64,000 nucleotides of DNA from Bdellovibrionales bacterium (GTDB taxonomy: Bacteria > Bdellovibrionota > Bdellovibrionia > Bdellovibrionales > JAMPXM01), in contig JAYUEN010000386.1 in assembly GCA_043739185.1 (NCBI GenBank), positions 1 to 64,000 of the forward strand, read 5' to 3'. A program made the translations under genes and the position numbers. This document shows positions 29,006-39,527 of this stretch, piece after piece (the stretch's first letter is position 1; every line of letters starts with the position of its first letter). The notes below the pieces were generated by a model. The model saw nothing but the letters and a program-made list of their open reading frames with translations, searched no databases and was not told the DNA's origin.

Positions 29006-30514
29006 ATGATAAACCTTGAAAGCAAAAATTTATCAAAATCTTTTGGAAGCTTTCAGGCCCTCTCCAAATTGAGCCTGCGTTTTGAAGCGAAAAAAATTCA
29101 CGCAGTTGTCGGTGAGAATGGTGCTGGCAAATCAACGCTGATGAAATTATTGTTCGGTCTCCTTCAGCCTTCGGAAGGAGAAATTTGGATCAATCAAAAG
29201 CCAGTCAAAATGCAAAGTTCAAAGGATGCCCTGGCTTACGGCATTGGAATGGTTCAACAGCACTTTTGCTTGGTTGAAAACCTCTCAGCACTTGACAATA
29301 TTATCTTGGGAAACGAGCCGGTGAAGGGCCCGCAATTAAAGCGCGGCCAGGCACTTGAAGAACTGATTCGAAAACTTCCCGATAAAAATTTGCACATTCC
29401 TTGGGAGCAAAAAGTTTCTGAGCTGAGTGTAGGTTTTCGACAACGCATTGAAATTTTAAAGCTTTTGTATCGTGATTCAAAATTCTTAATTTTAGATGAG
29501 CCGACTGCAGTTCTGACACCCCAAGAGATCGCTTCGTTTTTTTCCTTGCTCAAAACACTCAAAGAAATGGGAAAGACCATTGTACTGATCACGCACAAGC
29601 TGACTGAAGTGTTTTCAGTTTGCGATCAATATCACGTTTTACGACAAGGTAAGCTAATTGCGAGCGGCCTTGTGGCGGAGACATCACAATCTGAAATTGT
29701 GAGGCATATGATTGGCCGCGAGCCTATTTCAATTGCTGAAAATCCGCGAAAGGATGTTCAGGGTGGAGAGGCAGCTCTTGAATTTCAAGATGTTTCAACG
29801 CTCCTTCAGCAAAGAGGACAGCTCAAGAAAATTTCTCTTCGAATATCTCCTGGAGAAATTTTGGGAATTGCCGGAGTTGAAGGTTCTGGTCAATCCAAGT
29901 TAGTTGATTCTTTGCTTGGCTTGTCTCCGTTTGAGGGTCGCATTCGATTCTTGGGTAAGGAATTGAAAAGTTCCGAAACGACAACCAAAGACATTCGAAA
30001 AATGGGTTTGGCACTTATACCCGAAGATAGACTCACGCAGGCCGTTTGGCCCGAAGAGAGTTGTTTGAAAAACTTGATCATCGGAATTGAAGATGATTTC
30101 AAAACGAAAATATTTTTTGATGATGATAAAATTCGTCAAACGGGCGGGAAATGGCTTAAAGAATTTGATGTTCGCTTAACAAATATAGATCAGTCCATTT
30201 CTTCTCTCAGTGGAGGGAACCAACAGAAATTAGTTTTCGCGCGCGAAATTCTCGGGCGAAAGATTCAGTTTTTGATATGTCATCAGCCCACTCGAGGCGT
30301 TGATCTGGGTGCAATTGAAAAGATTCATGCTGAGATTTTAGGACTCAAGAACGCCGGAATATCGTGTCTCTTGGTTAGCAGTGAGCTCGATGAATTGATG
30401 GCTTTGAGTGATCGCATTTGCGTATTGTTCAACGGGCAAGTGAGCGGTGAATTTGATCGCGCCAATTTTTCAAAAGCCGAAATTGGCAAAGCGATGACCG
30501 GGACTCTCACATGA
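29006..30514 (+). CDS. ABC transporter ATP-binding protein (nucleoside/sugar, two domains)
   Basis: GENGAGKST, LDEPT and LSGGNQQK motifs. Confidence 0.93.
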   Translation: MINLESKNLSKSFGSFQALSKLSLRFEAKKIHAVVGENGAGKSTLMKLLFGLLQPSEGEIWINQKPVKMQSSKDALAYGIGMVQQHFCLVENLSALDNIILGNEPVKGPQLKRGQALEELIRKLPDKNLHIPWEQKVSELSVGFRQRIEILKLLYRDSKFLILDEPTAVLTPQEIASFFSLLKTLKEMGKTIVLITHKLTEVFSVCDQYHVLRQGKLIASGLVAETSQSEIVRHMIGREPISIAENPRKDVQGGEAALEFQDVSTLLQQRGQLKKISLRISPGEILGIAGVEGSGQSKLVDSLLGLSPFEGRIRFLGKELKSSETTTKDIRKMGLALIPEDRLTQAVWPEESCLKNLIIGIEDDFKTKIFFDDDKIRQTGGKWLKEFDVRLTNIDQSISSLSGGNQQKLVFAREILGRKIQFLICHQPTRGVDLGAIEKIHAEILGLKNAGISCLLVSSELDELMALSDRICVLFNGQVSGEFDRANFSKAEIGKAMTGTLT

Positions 30515-31569
30515 ATTATTTTAAATCTCTCGGAATTTCAAGCTTCGGGTATTTGCTAGCGCTTGCATTAGGAGTTTCACTCTCACTTGTTTTGGTTGGT
30601 GCTGTGGGTGAAAGTCCTATCAAAGTTTTAAATATTTTGTTTTTAGGTTCTTTGGGGGGGGCAAGAGAAATTGCCTATTCTCTTTTCTACGCAACACCAT
30701 TTATTTTAACTGGCTTGAGTGTGGCTTGGGCATTTCGCGCAGGGCTTTTCAATGTTGGTGCCGAAGGACAAATGCTCATGGGAGGTAGTGCTGTGGTAAC
30801 TTTGGGAATTTTATTTCCCAATTTGCCTGCGCCCATCGCCATACCCATGTCTTTCTTGGTAGCATTTATGGCTGGTGGCCTGTGGGGCGGAATTGCCGGC
30901 TGGGTGAAAGTGAAGCGCGGAGCCCATGAAGTTTTGGTCACAATCTTACTTAATTTTGTAGCTTATGGTCTGAGTAGTTTTTTTATTTTGAATGTCTTTC
31001 GTAATCCACATTCGCAAAATCCTGAAACTTTTGAAATTGGCGCCAACTATTTTCTCGGTCAATTGAAATTTTTTGACCCCAACAGCCCGTTGAATCATAT
31101 GATTTTTGTAGCCCTCCTTGCGGCTTTGGTTTTTTCAGTGGTTTTTAAAAAAACTCTATTTGGATTTTTTCAGCGAATGTCAGGAGCTGCTCCAGAGTTG
31201 GCTCTGCGCTCGGGAATTCGCATTGATCGTCAGGTCATATTGGCACTTTTTATTTCAGGCGGATTGGCCGGTCTTGCAAGTTGCGGGACGATCATGGGTT
31301 ATTCACACAAGGCCCGGGAGGGATTTGCCAACGGGGCAGGATTTATCGGAATTGCAGTGGCACTCCTGGGGCAGAATCGCGCCGCCGGCGTGGTTTGGTC
31401 CGCAATTTTATTTGGAGCACTTGCAAAGGGTTCACTCGATCTTGATTTGGACACGCAGTTTATCACACGCGATTTGGCTCAAGTGATTCAAGCCTGTATC
31501 GTGATTGTAGTTGCGAGCAAACCGGGGCTCGATCGACTTTACAATTCAATGCGAAAAGTGAGGACGTGA
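30511..31569 (+). CDS. ABC transporter permease (nucleoside)
   Basis: FNVGAEGQ motif; multi-TM; ATGA overlap with the ATPase gene. Confidence 0.9.
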   Translation: MNYFKSLGISSFGYLLALALGVSLSLVLVGAVGESPIKVLNILFLGSLGGAREIAYSLFYATPFILTGLSVAWAFRAGLFNVGAEGQMLMGGSAVVTLGILFPNLPAPIAIPMSFLVAFMAGGLWGGIAGWVKVKRGAHEVLVTILLNFVAYGLSSFFILNVFRNPHSQNPETFEIGANYFLGQLKFFDPNSPLNHMIFVALLAALVFSVVFKKTLFGFFQRMSGAAPELALRSGIRIDRQVILALFISGGLAGLASCGTIMGYSHKAREGFANGAGFIGIAVALLGQNRAAGVVWSAILFGALAKGSLDLDLDTQFITRDLAQVIQACIVIVVASKPGLDRLYNSMRKVRT

Positions 31570-32453
31570 TGGAGCTTCATAGCTTTCAAGATTTACTATT
31601 GAGTAGTGTGAGACTATCCGTGCCTTTGATTTTTGCGGCTTATGGCGGTTTGATGAGTGAGCGCAGTGGCGTAGCAAATATTGCCCTTGAGGCCTATTTG
31701 CTTTTTTCAGCCTTTGCCGCTGCTGCTGCAACCAGTATTTTTGCAAGCCTTTGGATGGGTATACTTTTCGGCCTTTTGGCTGCCGGATTGATCGGATTTA
31801 TTTTTGCAATTGTTTGTGTTTATGGGCGGGGTGATCAAGTGGTCATTGGTACCGCTTTTAATTTGTTGGCGGTCGGAAGTATTCCGGTGATGAATAAAAG
31901 TCTCTTTGGGATCACGGGATCAACTCCCGCACTGTCCCTGCAATTGAGATTCACTCAGCCGCTTTTGTTTTTTGGATTTAGTATTTTGATTATGCTGTCT
32001 TTAGAATATTTATTTCGCAAAACCAGACATGGTTTGCGAGTGACAGCATGCGGAGAAAATCCCCTCGCACTTGAAACTCAAGGCGTATCGTCTCGTAAAC
32101 TTCGCATACGAGCCGTTGTCGAAGGAAGCCTTATTGCTGGCTGTGGCGGCATCTATTTGAGTCTTTGCCAAGGCAGCGCCTATGTTCGAGAAATGGCAGC
32201 GGGTCGAGGTTTCATTGCATTGGCGGCTTTAATACTTGGTGGTTGGCGACCATTCCCTACGCTACTTGCGTGTTTGTTTTTTGCGTTGACCGATGCAATT
32301 CAAATTCAACTGCAAGGAAAAACCATAGGTGAGTATCAAATTCCGAATTCTTTGGTGCAAATTTCACCTTATTTGATCACGCTGTTACTATTGATCTTTT
32401 CTTCTCGCAAGGTCTTGGCACCAAGAGCGATCAATACAAATTCAATTGATTGA
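31566..32453 (+). CDS. ABC transporter permease (nucleoside)
   Basis: SERSGVANIALE and GRGFIALAA motifs. Confidence 0.9.
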   Translation: MMELHSFQDLLLSSVRLSVPLIFAAYGGLMSERSGVANIALEAYLLFSAFAAAAATSIFASLWMGILFGLLAAGLIGFIFAIVCVYGRGDQVVIGTAFNLLAVGSIPVMNKSLFGITGSTPALSLQLRFTQPLLFFGFSILIMLSLEYLFRKTRHGLRVTACGENPLALETQGVSSRKLRIRAVVEGSLIAGCGGIYLSLCQGSAYVREMAAGRGFIALAALILGGWRPFPTLLACLFFALTDAIQIQLQGKTIGEYQIPNSLVQISPYLITLLLLIFSSRKVLAPRAINTNSID

Positions 32454-32473
32454 AAAATCGAGTCAGATGGGAC

Positions 32474-33460
32474 CTAAGTGCTAGGGCTATTTCTTCGACT
32501 CCACTCAATGCTTTGTCTCAATGAGTAAGATGCGGGCTTTGGTTTAAATTGAAAAGCTTGCTGGGCTTTACTTGAATCAAACCAATGATACATGGTTGCA
32601 ACCACAGCATTTTCATAATTCATAAAAGCCTTTGCGCCGCGACTCGCCTGTAACTCACCGATACGGCCCAGGGTTTTCACGAAAAAGTTGGGTAGATAAA
32701 TTTTAGGAGGCTTTACTTCCGCAATTTCAGCAATATTCTCAAATAGTTTTTTAATAGTCAGATTTTCTCCGGCGATAATATAGCGTTCGCCACTTCTACC
32801 CATTTCCCAGGCCTTAATTGCACAATGCATAACATCTTCAATTGAAACGACATTCACTCCGCCTGAGGTATAAAAAGGAAGCTTGCCACGCGCGACTCGT
32901 TTTTGCATTCCACGAGAAGGTTTCTTTTCATCACCAGGGCCATAAATAGTTGAAGGATTCAAGCAAACAGCGTCAACATCTCCTCTGCGAACGGCATCTA
33001 ATACAAGTTCTTCGGCTTTCTTTTTGGTCTCGAAATATCCCAAATTTAAATGGGATAAATTATATTTTGAGGTTTCATTCAATACCGTATGTGGGCTCAA
33101 ACTCGCACCGATAGTTACCACTGAACTGAAATGCACCAGACGCCGAACGCGATTTGCTTTACAGGCACTTAGGATATTTGCGGTCCCTCGGACATTTACG
33201 TTTTCCATATGCTCACGTTCTGATCGCGCATAAGCTACGACTCCGGCGAGGTGAAAAACCGAGTCGATATTTTTAGCCGCTGTGGTTACGTTTTCAATAT
33301 CGGTAATATCACCGGTGGCCACTTCGACTTTTAAAGAGCGCAGGTCTTCAACATCCTTTGGATCGCGCACAAAAACTCTTACTTGATGACCATGATCGAC
33401 TAAGGTTTGAGCGAGCCATCCACCAACAAATCCCGAGGCACCGGTTACTAAAACACGCAT
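32474..33460 (-). CDS. NAD-dependent epimerase/dehydratase (dihydroflavonol reductase/HpnA-like SDR)
   Basis: VTGASGFVG and YxxxK (YFETK); probable start 33460 with GGAGG RBS. Confidence 0.88.
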   Translation of the reverse strand: MRVLVTGASGFVGGWLAQTLVDHGHQVRVFVRDPKDVEDLRSLKVEVATGDITDIENVTTAAKNIDSVFHLAGVVAYARSEREHMENVNVRGTANILSACKANRVRRLVHFSSVVTIGASLSPHTVLNETSKYNLSHLNLGYFETKKKAEELVLDAVRRGDVDAVCLNPSTIYGPGDEKKPSRGMQKRVARGKLPFYTSGGVNVVSIEDVMHCAIKAWEMGRSGERYIIAGENLTIKKLFENIAEIAEVKPPKIYLPNFFVKTLGRIGELQASRGAKAFMNYENAVVATMYHWFDSSKAQQAFQFKPKPASYSLRQSIEWSRRNSPST

Positions 33461-33614
33461 CTTAAAATTCCCTCCGAGCTTGTGATGAGACAAACGACCT
33501 GAACTTTATTTGCAAACTATAACGTCTAGTAAATTGAGATCGCACTTCACAATTATTGAGCCTCATTTTAAGTTAGAGCACAATAGATTTAAGCGCGAGG
33601 TGAACGGTGGCTGC

Positions 33615-34217
33615 CTATTTGTATTTGAAGGGCTTTTCTTTTTGCGGATGTGGCATAAAGAAAGCCTTAACAAATAATAGAATTAAATACGAGATCGTAA
33701 AGCCCAAAATTGCGCCGCCAACAATATCACTTGGATAGTGAACGCCAACATAAACTCTGCTGTAGGCAACAGACGCGGCGTAGATATAAACCAATCCCGA
33801 CATTGGCGGAAAAAAATAACTCGTTACAGTTGCGGCTGCAAATATATTAGCGGCATGACTTGAGGGAAACGAGGTGCCACCAGAGTCTTCAACTCTCAAG
33901 ACAACGTGAATTCCCGAATGTGTAGGCCGAGGTCTCTGCACAAAATGCTTGATAACTCGAAATGAAACCATATCGGTTAGAATCAGAGCGATAGCAAGTG
34001 TGATCATATATTTCACACCTTTTTTTCGATATTTTACGAGCAGAAAAAGAACCAATAGTGGAAGGATACCGTACAAAAAAGTCGGCGACTGATGAAAGTC
34101 AGTTACTCCGGGAAAATAAAAATCTCCGAAAGGAAATGTCCAATCTTGATTCATGCGAGCAAACAGACTCTGGTCGAGTCCCTTGTAATACTCCATAAGC
34201 TGAGAAATCACGGCCAC
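33615..34217 (-). CDS. PAP2 family phosphatase
   Basis: K....RPRP, SFPSSH and SRVYVGVHYPSD motifs. Confidence 0.92.
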   Translation of the reverse strand: MAVISQLMEYYKGLDQSLFARMNQDWTFPFGDFYFPGVTDFHQSPTFLYGILPLLVLFLLVKYRKKGVKYMITLAIALILTDMVSFRVIKHFVQRPRPTHSGIHVVLRVEDSGGTSFPSSHAANIFAAATVTSYFFPPMSGLVYIYAASVAYSRVYVGVHYPSDIVGGAILGFTISYLILLFVKAFFMPHPQKEKPFKYK

Positions 34218-34309
34218 TCCAACTTTCTTTAAACCTTAAAACGTCCAGTAAAAAATGATCCTAACTCGGATATCTTCTCATTTTACGTGCAGTATGCGAA
34301 ACTATTTTC

Positions 34310-34555
34310 ATGATAGAGCTTAAAAAACTAAATGGAACGTCTATCTTCGTCAACCCTGATATGATTCGTGCCGTTGAAGCCACGCCCGATACGGTCGTAA
34401 ACTTCTTGGATGGAGAGACGATATTAGTGCTGAATACTCCCGAAGAAATTGTTTCAAGCATCGTTTCCTTTAGAAAAAGCTACTTGAATTCTCAAACAAA
34501 TGTTGACGCATTAAGTTCTCAACTTTTAGGTAAACAGCAAGATTTGCAAAAGTAA
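34310..34555 (+). CDS. flbD: flagellar FlbD family protein
   Basis: MIELKKLNG..VNPDMI..EATPDT; directly upstream of motA. Confidence 0.88.
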   Translation: MIELKKLNGTSIFVNPDMIRAVEATPDTVVNFLDGETILVLNTPEEIVSSIVSFRKSYLNSQTNVDALSSQLLGKQQDLQK

Positions 34556-34567
34556 AAGGGTAATTGA

Positions 34568-35338
34568 ATGGATCTCATTACAGTCGTCGGTTTGGTGCTC
34601 GCAATTGGTGGGATATTGGGTGGTCAGCTTCTTGAGGGTGGGCATATTAACTCACTCATTCAGTCCACCGCATTCTTAATCGTATTTGGCGGAACACTAG
34701 GTGCGGTCTGCATTTCGACAACCGCCGAAGATTTAAAAATGGGGTTGAAACTCTTACGATTGGGATTTTTCGATTCGAATGAGCAAAACTCAGAAAAAAT
34801 AGTAACTCAGCTCATTGAGGCCGCCCAAGTTGCGAGAAAAGAGTCGATTTTAGCGCTTGAAAAAAAACTTGCTGATATGAGTAATCCTTTTATGCAAAAT
34901 GTGTTTCGTTTTGTGATCGATGGTGTCGATCCTAAAACGCTTCGAGAAATTTTTGAAAACGAACTTTTCATTGAGGAAGAAAACCAACATGCAGGCGCAA
35001 AAATTTGGATGGATGCTGGAGGCTTTTCTCCCACCATCGGAATCATAGGAGCCGTATTAGGACTGATTCATGTCATGGAAAATTTGGCAGATACTGCAAA
35101 ATTAGGACAAGGTATTGCCGTCGCGTTCGTTGCGACTGTGTACGGCGTGGGTTCGGCAAATATTTTGTTTATTCCGCTAGCGAATAAGATTAAGAGAAAA
35201 ATTAAACTCGAAATTGAAATTAAAAATATGATTCTAGAAGGGGCAATCGGAATTATGGCCGGAATGAATCCGTTCATAATTGAGCAGAAATTAAGAGCCT
35301 ATCTTCACCAAAATAGGCCGCAACCTAAAGAACAATAA
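34568..35338 (+). CDS. motA: flagellar stator protein MotA
   Basis: PTIGIIGAVLGLI and AFVATVYGV motifs. Confidence 0.93.
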   Translation: MDLITVVGLVLAIGGILGGQLLEGGHINSLIQSTAFLIVFGGTLGAVCISTTAEDLKMGLKLLRLGFFDSNEQNSEKIVTQLIEAAQVARKESILALEKKLADMSNPFMQNVFRFVIDGVDPKTLREIFENELFIEEENQHAGAKIWMDAGGFSPTIGIIGAVLGLIHVMENLADTAKLGQGIAVAFVATVYGVGSANILFIPLANKIKRKIKLEIEIKNMILEGAIGIMAGMNPFIIEQKLRAYLHQNRPQPKEQ

Positions 35339-35341
35339 TTC

Positions 35342-36079
35342 ATGGCAAGACGAAAACGACAAGAAGAACATGAAAATCACGAGCGTTGGCTGGTATCTTA
35401 TGCCGACTTTATAACGCTTTTATTTGCGTTTTTTACGGTTCTTTATGCGACATCGCAACATGACCTCAAGAAACAAGAAGAGTTCGAAAAGTCGATTCGT
35501 AAATATTTTAGTGGAGCAGGCTTAGGTGAAAGCCAAGGCGAATTCAATACCGAAGCTGAGAATCGAAGTTTGGTAGATCCGCCGATAAAATCTTTTCCCC
35601 CTATGACGGCCGGGCCGCAAGAGGTACAGGACTACGTTCAAAGAGTATTGCAAAAATCAATGGATAAAGGTGAATATCAAGATGCGATTCAAGAAATTCA
35701 TCACGATACCATTGGCGCGCGCATTCAGCTTGCGGCGTCCTCTCTATTTCCCAGTGGTTCAGCGGAATTAAAAGTTTCCTCGGCAGCGGCACTAGATAAA
35801 ATTGGACTTTTGCTTAAGGATTCAAAGCGCCGATTGATCATTGAGGGGCATACCGACAATGAACCCGTTCATACCGCAAAATTTCCCAGTAACTGGGAGC
35901 TCTCAGCCATCCGGGCTACAAAGGTATTGAGATACCTCGCTGCCCGAGACCAAATTGACCCAAGCACCATGACAGCGGTCGCATACGCGGATCAAAAACC
36001 GGTCGCGCCTAATGATACTGAAGAGAATCGAGCCAAAAATCGCCGCATTGAAATATTGATTGTCAGCGATTCAAAGTGA
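35342..36079 (+). CDS. motB: flagellar stator protein MotB
   Basis: WLVSYADFITLL with the conserved Asp; OmpA-like GHTD, NWELS and NRRIEI. Confidence 0.93.
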   Translation: MARRKRQEEHENHERWLVSYADFITLLFAFFTVLYATSQHDLKKQEEFEKSIRKYFSGAGLGESQGEFNTEAENRSLVDPPIKSFPPMTAGPQEVQDYVQRVLQKSMDKGEYQDAIQEIHHDTIGARIQLAASSLFPSGSAELKVSSAAALDKIGLLLKDSKRRLIIEGHTDNEPVHTAKFPSNWELSAIRATKVLRYLAARDQIDPSTMTAVAYADQKPVAPNDTEENRAKNRRIEILIVSDSK

Positions 36080-36084
36080 TACTT

Positions 36085-37092
36085 CTAGAGGCCTTCGATT
36101 TCAACTTTCTGAATGACAATTCTTTTTAGCGGTCGACTGGTGGGTCCGGTTTTTACCCTTGAAATTTTTTGTACGACATCCATTCCGCTGATCACTTCAC
36201 CAAATACAGAATATTTATCGTCGAAGCTGGGTTGAGGGCCGAGGGTAATAAAAAATTGTGAGCCCGCAGTGTTTGGGCCATGATTGGCCATTGAAACCAT
36301 CCCGGCTTTATCATGATGCAAATAGGGCGTAAACTCGTCTTGAATTTCATAGCCTGGCCCACCGCGACCATCGCCGAATGGACAGCCCATTTGGACTACA
36401 AAATCGCGCACCACTTTGAATATAATTTGCCCGTTAAAAAATGGGCGAGTCGATTTTTTTGAAGTGGCAACTTCAACAAACTCCTTTTGCCCGGTAGCAA
36501 GATCCGTAAAATTTCTAACGGTCCTCGGAGCATATTGCGGATAAAGTTTCATTTTGAAAGCGCCCATTGAGGTGACCACTGTCGCAAATAGTTTTTTGTC
36601 TGCAATTCTCTCTCCCACATCGATTATTTTATTTTTTGGCGAGGAAGAGGTCGGGGCCATTGATGGCGGTGGATAGCTAGGCGCCTGTGGAGCTCCCACA
36701 TTTGGGTCACCACCAGGGGGCGCGATAGTTGAAGCTTTTGAAATATCACTTGGGTTTTGAAAGTTTCCGTTGTTGCTTGGGGGCTTTTCTTGTGGGGCAT
36801 TTGGCGGCGGCGGAGCAATGTCTTGCGAAACTCCTGAGCTCGGCGGTGCAATCAAATTTTGCGGAGGTGCATTTGGTGGCGGCGCTACGTTTACTGGCGG
36901 TGCCTGATTTGCTTTCACGGGTTGGCCACCTGGCTTGGTTGGTGGCGATAAAGCGCCCGGATCGTATCCTGGCGGATTTTGAGGCTCAACATTTAGGGCT
37001 GGGTTTTGTGCAAAGGAATTTGAATTGGCAAATTGAAAAGCGCAGACAAACAAGAAACTAAAAAGCCAATTTAAGCATTTTACATTTGTCAT
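36085..37092 (-). CDS. cyclophilin-type peptidyl-prolyl isomerase with signal peptide and Pro-rich N-terminal linker
   Basis: APRTVRNF, SMANHGPNTAGSQFFIT and VFGEV motifs. Confidence 0.9.
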   Translation of the reverse strand: MTNVKCLNWLFSFLFVCAFQFANSNSFAQNPALNVEPQNPPGYDPGALSPPTKPGGQPVKANQAPPVNVAPPPNAPPQNLIAPPSSGVSQDIAPPPPNAPQEKPPSNNGNFQNPSDISKASTIAPPGGDPNVGAPQAPSYPPPSMAPTSSSPKNKIIDVGERIADKKLFATVVTSMGAFKMKLYPQYAPRTVRNFTDLATGQKEFVEVATSKKSTRPFFNGQIIFKVVRDFVVQMGCPFGDGRGGPGYEIQDEFTPYLHHDKAGMVSMANHGPNTAGSQFFITLGPQPSFDDKYSVFGEVISGMDVVQKISRVKTGPTSRPLKRIVIQKVEIEGL

Positions 37093-39527
37093 TTCTCACC
37101 TCGTATATCGCCAAGTATTTGAGAGTTCTGTAAAAAAAGTTTCGTCAAATGAGAATCTAAAAATTCTGTACTCATGCCCATATTAACTGCCAAAGAAAGA
37201 ATATTTTCTGAGTTTTTTCTTAGTTTGGTTTGTGACTGCGCACTTGTGAGTTGATGCATTTGCTCGACCGTTCTCAAATCATTGTAATTTTTAAGTAAAC
37301 TTGGACCCAAAACTTTCCAGTTTGGGTCTTGCTCCATAAGATATTGAATCATGCCCTGAGTCGACGAATCAAGAGAGAACTGAGAGCGCTTAAGTAAAGC
37401 AGTCTGACAGGCAAACTCAATATCGACTAGACCTCCAAATTGAAACTTGAGATCAAATAGGCTTTCGTCTTTCGTTAAGAGTTTGGCGCGGATTTCTCGC
37501 AAGCGCTGATCGTCATCACTAGTAAAAATATGTTCGCCAGCGATTTGAGAAGCGCTAAAGGCTGTCGGCAAAAGTGGTCGAGCTCTCAAATAAGCTTGGC
37601 GCTCCCAGGGTTCGGCATTCTTTTGCAAGAAGCTTTCGAGCTGACTCTTAGAGACGAGTAGTGGGCCCGCGTGACCGCTCGGCCGCAGGCGGGTATCAAT
37701 ATTGTAAATAACGCCACCTCGGTTATGCTGATTTAACCATGAAATAAATTTGCGACTTAATTTGTGTTGCAATGGGCTGGGATCATTTTCGGTTAAAAAA
37801 ATAAAATCAAGGTCTGAACGAAATCCGAGCTCTCTCCCTCCCCACTTACCGAGACAAAGAATATTGACTGGTTCGCATTTTAAATCGTCGGCGATTTTCT
37901 TAAGTATAGATTTACATATTTCGTCGGCACTGAAGCTCAGGTCTCGGGACAAATTATGAAGATCTTTATCTTTTAAGAATTTTTGCGCAGATAAAACTTC
38001 AACAATCAGTCTTCTTTCAATTAGCATTTCAAGAAACTCATCTTCTGCTTCGGGAAGATCTGCTTGAGCATTGAAAAACAAGCTGTCGATGAGTTCAGGC
38101 CGTAGAACAAAAATATTTGCTAAATATGGAGAGCATGAAAACAGCCAAGCCAAAGCTTCGGTTAATTTTTCTTCGCGATTGAGTAAACTATAAAGACTCG
38201 CTTTTGCTCGGGTGGCTTTGATAAAATCATATAGGAGTGCTAGAGCCAAATTTTTGTTTCGATCGATTCTGGCAATATGTTCGACGAAGCTCTCTAAAAA
38301 GTGCAGGCGCGAACGTTCATCACGTTCAGATTTAAGAGACTGGGCTTTTGCGGCGATCAATTCGGGCCAAATATCTTTGATGCAAGCTTCGGAAAAGCCT
38401 TTTTTTGCTAACCATTCTTGTTGCTGAACTAGCTCCGTTGGCATGGTATTTTTTAAGTCCACTTGCAAAAGATTCGAAACAAAGAGGTGAATTTGACTGG
38501 CGAGTTGCAATAATTTTGACACTTGAAACTGGTGATAATGGCTTTGCGCGCGTTCAATAGAATAGGTTTGTTGATCCTCTTTCGCTTGAAGATGATTTTC
38601 AACATCTCTAAGTTGCCAATAAGATTCGTGAAGAAATTGGGCGTCGCTCAGGGAAATAAATGAGTGCTCTTTGAGACCACAAATGGCTGCAGATGTTGAT
38701 TGAGTTTGCAGGGCTTTGTTTTTCCCGCCATGAATGAGTTGCAGTGAATGCACAAAGAGCTCGAGATCGCGAATGCCACCCGGACTGAGCTTAAGGTTGA
38801 ATACTCGTGGATCCTTCAAGCTCATTTCATGATGAATTTTACTTCTGAGCTGGGCTAAGTCATCTACGAGTGTCAAATCAATATGTTTACGGTAAGAAAA
38901 GTGATTCGCGAACTTCAATACCTCTTCAGCTAACTTAGGATCACCGTAAATAAAGCGCGCTCTGACATAAGAAAGTCGCTCCCACATTTCGCCGTGGTAA
39001 CCATAGTGGTACTCAAATTCTGTTTGAGAAGTAAGCGGCGAGCCTGCTCCGCCACCGGGCCTCAAATTGAGGTCAACTCTCAGACAATAAGCAAATTCAC
39101 TCAACGTTGAAAGATTGGTGGTAAAGCTTTTGAGAATTTTCAAATCGATTGTCTTATGGTCTCGTCTTACAAAAACCAAATCAACATCTGAGCTCAAATT
39201 CAGTTCTCGGGAGCCCAATTTTCCTAGGGCCAAAATTATGAAATCTTCTGGTCCGCCGCCAGCCATTTCCCAGGCTTTGGAGATAAGAGCTTCTGCCGCG
39301 AGCGACCATTCAAAGCAGATTTCTTCAGGAGAAGCATTGTGAAAAAAGGTCGCAAGAACAGCCTCGCACCAGGCCTCATGCCTTGATAATCGCAAGAGCG
39401 CTTGGGCATCGAGTTCGGTGCGGGGTCGCGTCAGGAGAGTGAGATAGCGCGCGAGCGCAGGTGAAAATTCACAAGCTTGAGTCCGTTCATCTTTTGAGTA
39501 ACTCGCAAGACTAGCAAGTTTACTCAA
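37089..39527 (-). CDS. glnE: glutamine synthetase adenylyltransferase/removase
   Basis: Two nucleotidyltransferase domains (GKLGSRELNLSSDVD; GKWGGRELGFRSDLD); probable TTG start at 39527 overlapping the tolB stop (track start 39602). Confidence 0.88.
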   Translation of the reverse strand: MSKLASLASYSKDERTQACEFSPALARYLTLLTRPRTELDAQALLRLSRHEAWCEAVLATFFHNASPEEICFEWSLAAEALISKAWEMAGGGPEDFIILALGKLGSRELNLSSDVDLVFVRRDHKTIDLKILKSFTTNLSTLSEFAYCLRVDLNLRPGGGAGSPLTSQTEFEYHYGYHGEMWERLSYVRARFIYGDPKLAEEVLKFANHFSYRKHIDLTLVDDLAQLRSKIHHEMSLKDPRVFNLKLSPGGIRDLELFVHSLQLIHGGKNKALQTQSTSAAICGLKEHSFISLSDAQFLHESYWQLRDVENHLQAKEDQQTYSIERAQSHYHQFQVSKLLQLASQIHLFVSNLLQVDLKNTMPTELVQQQEWLAKKGFSEACIKDIWPELIAAKAQSLKSERDERSRLHFLESFVEHIARIDRNKNLALALLYDFIKATRAKASLYSLLNREEKLTEALAWLFSCSPYLANIFVLRPELIDSLFFNAQADLPEAEDEFLEMLIERRLIVEVLSAQKFLKDKDLHNLSRDLSFSADEICKSILKKIADDLKCEPVNILCLGKWGGRELGFRSDLDFIFLTENDPSPLQHKLSRKFISWLNQHNRGGVIYNIDTRLRPSGHAGPLLVSKSQLESFLQKNAEPWERQAYLRARPLLPTAFSASQIAGEHIFTSDDDQRLREIRAKLLTKDESLFDLKFQFGGLVDIEFACQTALLKRSQFSLDSSTQGMIQYLMEQDPNWKVLGPSLLKNYNDLRTVEQMHQLTSAQSQTKLRKNSENILSLAVNMGMSTEFLDSHLTKLFLQNSQILGDIRGEK

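Noticed and set aside
36640..37000. Repetitive GC-rich tract
   Set aside because: Explained by the Pro-rich coding linker of the cyclophilin; not a CRISPR or DNA repeat array.
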